24,000 nucleotides of DNA from Desulfonatronovibrio hydrogenovorans DSM 9292. Lineage in GTDB: Bacteria > Desulfobacterota > Desulfovibrionia > Desulfovibrionales > Desulfonatronovibrionaceae. This document shows, in pieces, positions 1 to 7,046 of this stretch. Made by a program: the position numbers and the translations under genes. The notes under the pieces are model-generated. The model worked only from the letters and a program-made list of their open reading frames with translations, did no database searches and had not been told where the DNA came from. Numbering within the stretch: position 1 is the first letter of the stretch; every line of letters begins with the position of its first letter. The stretch spans positions 69,616-93,615 of the forward strand of contig NZ_JMKT01000016.1 in assembly GCF_000686525.1 (NCBI RefSeq), read 5' to 3'.

Positions 1-69
1 AGCAAAGCAGTCCCCTACCTGCTGTCTGGCGCCTCAATTTATATGAAAATTTGGCCTGCAAAATCGCCC

Positions 70-98
70 TTGACATGTAACCATCGTAACATTTAAAT
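70..98 (+). promoter_or_regulatory. sigma70-like promoter candidate for the ChrB_N-domain gene (possibly leaderless)
   Basis: TTGACA at 70-75, 17-nt spacer, TTAAAT at 93-98. The ATG at 106 follows 7 nt after the -10 and there is no Shine-Dalgarno in between. Motif match only. Confidence 0.35.
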
Positions 99-105
99 TG
101 TTCAA

Positions 106-669
106 ATGAACTCAGAAAGATGGCTATTGCTAACATACAAGGTGCCCCCTGAACCGGCTAGAAAGCGCATTGCGCTGTGGCGCAAGCTCAAGGGCATGGG
201 CGCTGTTTACCTGCAAAACGGTGTCTGCTTGCTGCCCAAGACAGACGACCACACCCGCCAGTTCAAAATCATCGAAAACGAGATCAACAAGATGGCAGGT
301 GAATCCATTCTGCTGGAAACAACCGCCCTTGATCCGGCACAGCAGGAGAAGGTTATTGCCCGCTTCAGGGCTGACCGGGACGAGCAATATAAGGAATTCA
401 TCGGCAAGTGCTCGGATTTTGAAGCTGAAATCGCACATGAAACCCAAGTCCAGCACTTCACCTACGCTGAACTGGAAGAGAACGATGTCGATCTTAAAAA
501 ACTCCAGTCTTGGCTGGAAAAGATCGCTAGGCTCGACTTCTATAGGGCCAACCTGGCAACCGAGGCAGCAGAAAGACTCAAGGGCTGCGAGGCATTGCTG
601 GATGCCTACGCCCAGCGCGTATTCCAGGCCCATGAAAAAAGCTGCAACGAACCCCACAAATCCCAGTAA
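106..669 (+). CDS. ChrB N-terminal-domain protein (chromate-resistance ChrB-like, short form)
   Basis: 187-aa ORF. The N-terminus WLLLTYKVPPEPARKRIALWRKLKGMGAVYLQNGVCLLP matches the remembered ChrB_N pattern (W..L.....P...R.R.WR.L...GA..L.DGVYLLP). The overlapping ORFs in other frames look like shadows. Confidence 0.75.
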   Translation: MNSERWLLLTYKVPPEPARKRIALWRKLKGMGAVYLQNGVCLLPKTDDHTRQFKIIENEINKMAGESILLETTALDPAQQEKVIARFRADRDEQYKEFIGKCSDFEAEIAHETQVQHFTYAELEENDVDLKKLQSWLEKIARLDFYRANLATEAAERLKGCEALLDAYAQRVFQAHEKSCNEPHKSQ

Positions 670-797
670 CCCCAGGGAATCTTAGATGTACCTGCTGATT
701 ATCATCACCTGAAACCCATTGTCTGCAGGCATGACAGACACAACAACACATGCGTCTGTTCGCAGACTCAGCTGATTAGAAAACTCGAGCGTGGTGT

Positions 798-2069
798 GTG
801 ATAAAAGAAACTGGTCCCATAAAAGTCCCAACCGGCGGCAAACCCAGAAGCTGGCTCAACCGAACTGTTGTAGGAGCAGGCATCACCAGTGCACTGGGGG
901 ACTTCTGCTATGAAACTACGACCGTAATCCTGCCAGGCTTTCTGGCCGTGCTTGGTCTGCCGGCTGCGATTCTTGGACTCATTGAAGGTATTGCCGATGC
1001 CGTGGCCAGCTTCACCAAGATGGTTTCAGGCTACATAGCCGATAAACTGGGATATCGAAAGTTGCTGGTACTGACCGGATACAGCTTGACGCCCCTCGGG
1101 CAGGTTCTGATCGCACTGGCCGCATCCTGGCCGCTGATTCTGGTCGGACGCACCTTATCCTGGTTCGGCAAGGGGCTGCGTGGCCCCCTGCGTGACGCCA
1201 TTGTTGCCCAGGCCGTGTCACCACAAACACGCGGTCGTGCTTTCGGGTTCCACCGGGCAACAGACACCATAGGGGCCGTGTTGGGGCCCCTGCTCGGGGT
1301 GGCCCTGCTGGGCTGGGCAGAAGGACTGTACTGGAGTGATGCTTCAGGGCCATTCCGGATGGTCCTCTGGTTATCCCTGATTCCTGGAGGACTGGCGGTT
1401 CTGGCCTTTCTGATGCTGGTCAATGACCCACAGCACATGCCCAATCCGGCCATGCGCTTCTTCAGCACACTACGCAGTCTTCCCTCGCGCTTCAAAGGTT
1501 ATCTCGGAGCAGTCGGGATCTTCGGCATGGGCGATTTTTCCCACACTCTGCTGATTCTGGCAGCCACCACCCTGCTCACCCCTTCACTGGGAGTAGTCCA
1601 GGCAGCACAAGTGGCAGGGCTACTCTACGTTTGGCGCAATGTGGCGCAGGTTGCCGTGTCCTACCCAATAGGGGTAGTTGCTGATCGCATCGGCCAATTT
1701 CCGGTGTTGATTGCAGGGTATGCTCTGGGCGTGCTTACGGCCATGCTGATGGCAGTGGCCTTCTGGATGAACATTGACAGCGTGTCGTTGCTGGCCTTCA
1801 TTTTCTTCATTGCGGGCCTTTTTATTGCGGTTCAGGAAGCACTGGAGTCCACAGTCACGGCAGAGATGGTGCAGCCAGACACCCTGACCACTTGCTACGG
1901 TGCCCTGGGTACAGTCAATGGCACGACCAAGTTCGTTTCCAGTGCAACCGTTGGCGTGGTGTGGACTGCTGTATCCCCAGTGGCTGGTTTTGGGCTAGCA
2001 GCGGTGCTGATGGCTGTCGGCACATTAACACTGCTGCGCTTAAGGGCAGATGGACAAGATATGTGCTAA
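798..2069 (+). CDS. MFS transporter
   Basis: 423-aa ORF with a GTG start, hydrophobic throughout with about 12 predicted helices. It has an MFS motif-A-like loop, GYIADKLGYRK. The start codon is uncertain because the RBS is weak. Confidence 0.85.
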   Translation: MIKETGPIKVPTGGKPRSWLNRTVVGAGITSALGDFCYETTTVILPGFLAVLGLPAAILGLIEGIADAVASFTKMVSGYIADKLGYRKLLVLTGYSLTPLGQVLIALAASWPLILVGRTLSWFGKGLRGPLRDAIVAQAVSPQTRGRAFGFHRATDTIGAVLGPLLGVALLGWAEGLYWSDASGPFRMVLWLSLIPGGLAVLAFLMLVNDPQHMPNPAMRFFSTLRSLPSRFKGYLGAVGIFGMGDFSHTLLILAATTLLTPSLGVVQAAQVAGLLYVWRNVAQVAVSYPIGVVADRIGQFPVLIAGYALGVLTAMLMAVAFWMNIDSVSLLAFIFFIAGLFIAVQEALESTVTAEMVQPDTLTTCYGALGTVNGTTKFVSSATVGVVWTAVSPVAGFGLAAVLMAVGTLTLLRLRADGQDMC

Positions 2070-2109
2070 ATAAAAAAAGCAAACTCATTGGCCTTTTTTA
2101 AAAAAAACC

Positions 2110-2138
2110 TTGCTACTCGGCACTCTCCAGGATATAGT
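2110..2138 (+). promoter_or_regulatory. sigma70-like promoter candidate for the FeS/cyt b/decahaem operon
   Basis: TTGCTA (2110-2115), 17-nt spacer, TATAGT (2133-2138), in an AT-rich 117-nt gap upstream of the GGAGG RBS and the ATG at 2187. Confidence 0.4.
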
Positions 2139-2186
2139 TTTATTAAAAAATTTAAGTATCCAATTAATTAAGCCTGGAGGTGTTGA

Positions 2187-3044
2187 ATGCAGGAAGAAAG
2201 AATGAAACGCCGCCACTTCCTGAAAGGGGCTGCAGCATCCGGGGCTCTACTGCTTTATCGGCCCGGCCTGGCTGGGGCAGGTCCTGACCTGTCCAGACAG
2301 TCAGCTTTTCTTTATGACAGCATAAAATGCATCAATTGCGGAGTCTGCGAAAAAGCGTGCAAAAGGGTCAACGGGCTGCCCGAACATGCAAGCGTCATCT
2401 ATATGAGCCAGAACGCTTCAGGGCTGCCGGTCCACATTACCAGGCGCAACTCCTGCATGCAATGCATCCGCCCGGCATGTGTCAGGGCCTGTCCCACAGG
2501 AGCGACTTTTCTCAGGGGAAACGGTCTGGTCAGTTATGATTCCCAGAAATGTGCAGCCTGCGGGTACTGTGTTGACGCCTGTCCCTTCAAGCACCCCAGA
2601 ATGTCCAAGACAGCCTATTTCAACCTGCGCAATGTCTGGGTGAACAGGTGTACAAGTTGCGGAGCCTGTGCCCAGGCTTGCCCGGAAGACGCCCTGCATT
2701 TTAATTTTCGACAGGACATTCTGGCTATGGCCAAAGAACGCCTGGCTCAGATCAAATCAACTTATTCTTTACCCCAGGCCCAGCTTTACGGAGAAGAAGA
2801 CCTGAACCTCATCTGGATACTGGCTGGCAGCCCGGACAAATACGACCTGCCCGGCCCCACCGCTGCAGCAGTGGTGGATACCTCTCTGGCATTCTGGAAA
2901 GATATTGTCCGCCCGACCACGCTGCTTCTTTCCCTTATGGCAACAGGCATTTTAGGAGTAACCTACTTTTTTGCCCGCCGTAACCATCTCAAAGAGCTGG
3001 CCAGACTCAAACAGATTGAGCAGGAGGAAAAAGATGTCAAATAA
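2187..3044 (+). CDS. Tat-exported 4x[4Fe-4S] ferredoxin-type subunit, FdnH/HybA-like, with a C-terminal membrane anchor
   Basis: GGAGG lies 7 nt upstream. There is a twin-arginine signal, MKRRHFLKGAAASGALLL. Four Cys clusters are present: CINCGVCEKAC, CMQCIRPACVRACP, CAACGYCVDACP and CTSCGACAQACP. The C-terminal hydrophobic helix LLLSLMATGILGVTYFF resembles the FdnH anchor, and the protein seems collinear with E. coli FdnH as I remember it. Confidence 0.9.
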   Translation: MQEERMKRRHFLKGAAASGALLLYRPGLAGAGPDLSRQSAFLYDSIKCINCGVCEKACKRVNGLPEHASVIYMSQNASGLPVHITRRNSCMQCIRPACVRACPTGATFLRGNGLVSYDSQKCAACGYCVDACPFKHPRMSKTAYFNLRNVWVNRCTSCGACAQACPEDALHFNFRQDILAMAKERLAQIKSTYSLPQAQLYGEEDLNLIWILAGSPDKYDLPGPTAAAVVDTSLAFWKDIVRPTTLLLSLMATGILGVTYFFARRNHLKELARLKQIEQEEKDVK

Positions 3045-3702
3045 CAGCAGCGAAATCTTGATCCAAAGATTCAACAAGAGGCGCAGATTCGTGCACTGGC
3101 TTCACACCTTTGCCTTTTTCGGGCTCCTGTGTACGGGTGTTCTATATACTACTCCTTTGTTGTCCCAATGGACCGAAAGCGGCCTGGCCGGTACTTTGCA
3201 CAGATACTTTGCAGTGATTTTTCTTTTAGCCCCTTTTGTCTATATTGTCATAGATCCCAAAGGATTCAGGGAGTTCATCAGCGATACCCTGAAATTTGAA
3301 AAGAGCGATATAGGATTTCACCTGGCCATGCCCCGATATATTCTGGGCCATACCGGCGGTATACCGCCTCAGGGAAAACTTAACGCCGGGCATAAAATTC
3401 ATCATATCCTGATGGGTATTCTCTATCTTGCCCTGGCCATATCCGGACTGTCCATGTGGCTGGGAGTCGGCTACATGGGACCACCTGTATTCAACTTCAT
3501 GGGTGTACTCCACAATATCGCTGTATTCATCATTGTGATTACAACCCTGGGCCACGTATATTTCACCCTGGTTTACTGGGCCCTGCCCGGCATGATCAGC
3601 GGCAAGGTCAGCGAGACCTACGTCAGAATGGAGCATAAAAAATGGTGGGATGAAGAGCTGGCCCCGAAGCTGAAGGGTTCATCTCCCAAGAGCGGATCAT
3701 GA
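3034..3702 (+). CDS. Dihaem b-type cytochrome, FdnI / Ni-Fe-hydrogenase cytochrome b family
   Basis: I place the start at ATG 3034, with AGGAGG at 3022-3027 and an 11-nt overlap with the upstream stop, rather than at the track start 2971. There are four hydrophobic helices with conserved His positions (FVHWLHTF, GHKIHHIL, LHNIAVF..GHVYF). The FdnI-like segments GKLNAGHK and GMISGKVS....HKKWW are present. Confidence 0.85.
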   Translation: MSNNSSEILIQRFNKRRRFVHWLHTFAFFGLLCTGVLYTTPLLSQWTESGLAGTLHRYFAVIFLLAPFVYIVIDPKGFREFISDTLKFEKSDIGFHLAMPRYILGHTGGIPPQGKLNAGHKIHHILMGILYLALAISGLSMWLGVGYMGPPVFNFMGVLHNIAVFIIVITTLGHVYFTLVYWALPGMISGKVSETYVRMEHKKWWDEELAPKLKGSSPKSGS

Positions 3703-3767
3703 CCGAATGAAACAACCTTTTGAAATCCTGACCGCAATACTCCACAGCAAGGCAAGGAGGCTGTCCA

Positions 3768-6236
3768 ATGCTAAAAAACCATAAACATATACTCATGTTG
3801 ATCCTGGGCCTGTTCGTTCTGAACCTCTTTATCATGTTTCAGAACAGGGATGCCGGAGCCAGAGCCAAGTATGATCCGTCAGGATACTGGATAGCTCCCA
3901 TCCTTCCTGAAGGCCCCAGAATATTTTTCAGCGAAGGTCATGCCATTGATACCCCTGAAGCAGTCATGGCTGAAATCACAGAAATCTACATCAGCAACAA
4001 CTCAGAGATTAAGGTTACTTTTGTCATTCCAGGCTATGAACATGACACCGCCCATGTGGAGCTGACCATGGCAAAATGGCTTGAACATGAAAATACATGG
4101 ATGAGCATGCTGCAGAGGACCAGGGAGCGCGGACCGCAAAGCGACCCAAGGTATGGAGACGGAGCCAAGGTAATCCGGGGGGCAAATCTGCGCCTGGAAA
4201 GTGGCTCTGCCTTAACCGGTGGAGAGCCGGTCAGCGGTGGCATGCGTTTTTCAACCTGGCTTAAAGCCGGACCAGGTGATTTTGGAAACCTGTCAGGTGA
4301 ACTGATGCCCATCACCTTCAAAGATGGAGTACAGTGGCGCCGCAGCAGCGACCACAATCCGGCAAGCTACGGCCATCCGGATGACAGCCTATACCATGAA
4401 TTCGTGGCCGGAATAATTGATGAAATAAACAGAAATGGAGCCTGGGAACAAGGGATTTACCGTATTGGAGTAACTGAAAGGAACAGGGGCCAGGAAGGCT
4501 ATATCAGATTTAACGCAGTGACTGATTTTGAATTTGATGGAAAAAGCAGTGCGCGGATTTTAGACAGCCATGAACGAAGGCATACCGCCGGAGAAGCCGT
4601 GGCCACAGGCTCCTGCAACGGGTGTCATGGGGACAACATGCGTTTCCCCACCAACAGGGTGCATAGTGAACTCAGACATGATCCAACTGTCTGCGCCAAT
4701 TGTCATAACTCCTATACCTGGGATTCCCGCAATGCATACGCAGAAGTGGACGGTTGGCCCAGCCTGGATTTAAGAACAATGGTCCATAAAATTCATGCCG
4801 GGATCGAAGGTTATGCAGCAGATGCCTATTTTTACCAGCAGGTCAGGTTCCCGGACTGGACCCTGGGCAGAACTCCCAGACCCAGCCAGGACATCCCGTA
4901 TCCCAACAGTCCTGGCGTGGCCAATTGCACCTCATGTCATGTTTATTCGGATAGTGATGCAACTTACGCCTGGCAAAGACCAAATCCCGACCCAGAGGGC
5001 TGCGCAACTTGTCATGGCAAAGGAGGAGTCGTTTTCTGGGAAGCCCAGCCTGACGATCCTGACTATGAATACATCTCAAGGACATATGACTGTGGCTATG
5101 ACTGCTCCAGCTGTCATGGAGGGGGACAAAGGCCAATTAAACACAATGCAGACTACTACCACAAGGTGACCGAACGCCAGGAAAGGCTGGCCCTTTCCAG
5201 ACAACATGTCATGAAAGTCACCAGGGTGGAAAACGCCGTAGCAGGTCAAAGACCGGTGGTTACCTGGCGGGTGCGTAAAAATGATGAGTACCTGGATCTC
5301 TTTTCGGGTGAACACGGATCTTTCCTGTTTACTGAAGATAAGGACCTGTTTGATGAAGGAGGTGCAGTCCGGCTTGGTATTGGATGGGGGCATAAAGAAG
5401 ACTGGACCAACCAGGGAATCGGCCCCAGGAGTTCAGGAGCCATGGGAGACCCTTTTCATGAGGTAGCCCATATCGACAATACTATCCCAGGTCAGGACCA
5501 GACCACAGCAGTGACCACATTTGACTTACCTTTGCCCGAGCCAGCTTATTCCGGAAGAAACGGCTTTGTAATCATTGAATTTGGCCCCGAAGAAATACGT
5601 CTGAACAGCAGGTTGAAGAGAATTTCCCTGGGGCAGGGAATAAACAGCTTCCTGGATGACCGCCGCCAGATTGTTACTGCTGACAATTGCCTGGGTTGCC
5701 ATGCAACCATGGGCCGGCATGGCACTTATGCTGACCAGGATATCACCACCTGTGTCTCCTGCCACAATGCCGGTTCCATGACCCGGGACGCAAGTGCGCT
5801 TCAGGGAAACGTGGACTTTATGTATATGATTCACGCAATCCACGGGACAGGAGAAAAAAGGACAAGGTTTGACCGCAGGCGGGATCATACTGTTGAGGGG
5901 CATTTCAGTGGAGGCTACTCATATGTTTCCTATCCCAACACCATCCTGGAATGTGCTGCCTGTCATGTTAATGATTCTCACAATCCTGTGGGCAAGGAAT
6001 TTAAGAGACTGGGGCTGATCGCAGACAAAGGCAAGGACAAATACCTGTCAGGGGCTGGAATCGCTGCCCCTTTGTCATCAGCCTGTTATTCATGCCATGA
6101 GAACACTGAAGATTTGCGGGCCAACAAAGAGCTGCAGCACCATTTGTATCATTCAGGAGGAAACATCTATGGTGAGCATGATCATGCTTATTTTGCAGAT
6201 AACAAGGAAAACTGCCTGACCTGTCATCAAAAATAG
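3768..6236 (+). CDS. Decahaem c-type cytochrome, MtrC/OmcA-like architecture
   Basis: AGGAGG RBS. The N-terminal hydrophobic signal or anchor is ILMLILGLFVLNLFIMF, followed by ARA-K. There are ten CxxCH motifs in two pentads, at C283, 309, 387, 412, 446 and at C641, 662, 729, 773, 816. Haem-free segments cover residues 1-282 and 451-640. MVHKIHAG and MIHAIHG motifs are present. Confidence 0.9.
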   Translation: MLKNHKHILMLILGLFVLNLFIMFQNRDAGARAKYDPSGYWIAPILPEGPRIFFSEGHAIDTPEAVMAEITEIYISNNSEIKVTFVIPGYEHDTAHVELTMAKWLEHENTWMSMLQRTRERGPQSDPRYGDGAKVIRGANLRLESGSALTGGEPVSGGMRFSTWLKAGPGDFGNLSGELMPITFKDGVQWRRSSDHNPASYGHPDDSLYHEFVAGIIDEINRNGAWEQGIYRIGVTERNRGQEGYIRFNAVTDFEFDGKSSARILDSHERRHTAGEAVATGSCNGCHGDNMRFPTNRVHSELRHDPTVCANCHNSYTWDSRNAYAEVDGWPSLDLRTMVHKIHAGIEGYAADAYFYQQVRFPDWTLGRTPRPSQDIPYPNSPGVANCTSCHVYSDSDATYAWQRPNPDPEGCATCHGKGGVVFWEAQPDDPDYEYISRTYDCGYDCSSCHGGGQRPIKHNADYYHKVTERQERLALSRQHVMKVTRVENAVAGQRPVVTWRVRKNDEYLDLFSGEHGSFLFTEDKDLFDEGGAVRLGIGWGHKEDWTNQGIGPRSSGAMGDPFHEVAHIDNTIPGQDQTTAVTTFDLPLPEPAYSGRNGFVIIEFGPEEIRLNSRLKRISLGQGINSFLDDRRQIVTADNCLGCHATMGRHGTYADQDITTCVSCHNAGSMTRDASALQGNVDFMYMIHAIHGTGEKRTRFDRRRDHTVEGHFSGGYSYVSYPNTILECAACHVNDSHNPVGKEFKRLGLIADKGKDKYLSGAGIAAPLSSACYSCHENTEDLRANKELQHHLYHSGGNIYGEHDHAYFADNKENCLTCHQK

Positions 6237-6285
6237 TTGATTCGACCTGAAACCATAACCTTCAAAATCGAACCTGGTTCAGGTG

Positions 6286-6317
6286 GCGGGGCTCTGAGCT
6301 TTATGCTCAAGCCCCGC
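6286..6317. terminator. GC-rich hairpin between convergent cytochrome genes (candidate terminator)
   Basis: GCGGGGC (6286-6292) pairs with GCCCCGC (6311-6317). An inner TGAGC (6295-6299) pairs with GCTCA (6305-6309), around the loop TTTAT. A weak T-rich tract ATTTATGTT follows on the + strand. Confidence 0.5.
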
Positions 6318-6324
6318 ATTTATG

Positions 6325-6600
6325 TTACAGGGTCACAAGATACTTAAGCAAAGCTTGGCGTTCTGCATCACTCAGGGCAGGACCGAAATTGCCCTTACCC
6401 ATCATCCTGTCAACAGTACTTTTCCAGCCATCCAGATCGTGCCCGGCTCTTTCAATCCGTCCTGCTCCGTGACAGGTTGTGCATCTGGTTTCCATAATAG
6501 CCTGTCCGTCTCCGGCCTGGAGCTTCATATCCTGCAAACCGAACATGAATAGACTACCCAGCATAACAAGACAAATTGAAGTCAGTAGAACTCTCTTCAT
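6325..6600 (-). CDS. Small exported monohaem cytochrome c
   Basis: The start is placed at ATG 6600 (MKRVLLTSICLVMLGSLFMF signal peptide), with AGGAGG immediately upstream. There is a single CTTCH motif. The pattern CxxCH...R....GW..TV.RM......L...E...L.KYL resembles the haem-binding domain of quinohaemoprotein amine dehydrogenase alpha, from memory. Confidence 0.75.
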   Translation of the reverse strand: MKRVLLTSICLVMLGSLFMFGLQDMKLQAGDGQAIMETRCTTCHGAGRIERAGHDLDGWKSTVDRMMGKGNFGPALSDAERQALLKYLVTL

Positions 6601-6739
6601 TTGTTCCTCCTTATTCAAAAGATTAAGGTTATAAAAAACCCTAACAGAATTACTGCTGTCTGACAACTATGCAGCAGAATTCTCAATGACCTGTCCGGAA
6701 AAAAGGCCAGGAATTATGTAGGCGATTCTAACAAAAAGA

Positions 6740-7039
6740 CTATGGACAGCAGGAATCTGGGGACAAGACTTTGCGCAGGATCGGCACTTTGACCAGCCAT
6801 CCATACAAGATGGCCTGGGCGCAGCCAACTCCCGGGCGGACATACACGGCTTCAACCGGGCAATTGGTCATGCATGCTCCGCATTCCATGCATGCATCCC
6901 GGTCAAGGATCAGTGCTTTCCCATCCTGCAGGGCAAAGACCTGGTGCGGACAAACGTCAAGGCAATTGCCGCAGCCTATGCACAGGTTCTTATCAAAGCA
7001 TAGGGTGGCTACGTCTGGAAGGTGTCTGAATGTCTTCAT
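6740..7039 (-). CDS. hgcB: HgcB, mercury-methylation 2x[4Fe-4S] ferredoxin
   Basis: 99-aa ORF starting 7 nt after the hgcA stop. It carries CIGCGNCLDVCP and CMECGACMTNCP, an extra conserved Cys in GVGCA and a C-terminal vicinal pair, DSCCP. The N-terminus MKTFRHLPDVATL is typical of HgcB. Confidence 0.9.
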   Translation of the reverse strand: MKTFRHLPDVATLCFDKNLCIGCGNCLDVCPHQVFALQDGKALILDRDACMECGACMTNCPVEAVYVRPGVGCAQAILYGWLVKVPILRKVLSPDSCCP

Positions 7040-7046
7040 AATACTT

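Noticed and set aside
130-685. Three long ORFs in the track that overlap the ChrB_N gene (130-657 minus, 170-685 plus, 207-461 minus).
   Set aside because: They are shadow ORFs in other frames or the opposite strand of a gene with a clear family signature. Their translations are low-complexity and Ser/Arg/Cys-rich, with no recognisable motif.
2971-3033. The track's longer start for the cytochrome b gene (MPAVTISKSW...).
   Set aside because: This stretch lies inside the FeS gene in another frame. ATG 3034 has an AGGAGG RBS at the correct distance and gives an N-terminus collinear with FdnI.
2187-3702. Calling the FeS and cytochrome b pair a formate dehydrogenase (fdnHI).
   Set aside because: No molybdopterin or selenocysteine catalytic subunit is adjacent. 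The upstream gene is an MFS transporter behind its own promoter-like gap, and the downstream gene is a decahaem cytochrome. Only the module type is supported, not the substrate.
6601-6739. A possible terminator after hgcB (CTGCTG...CAGCAG stem, with a GGGTTTTTT run further on), and the longer start at 6666 for the small cytochrome.
   Set aside because: The stem and the T-run are about 13 nt apart and the loop is long, so this is not a convincing intrinsic terminator. The 6666 start adds a non-signal N-terminus and ignores the AGGAGG in front of ATG 6600.
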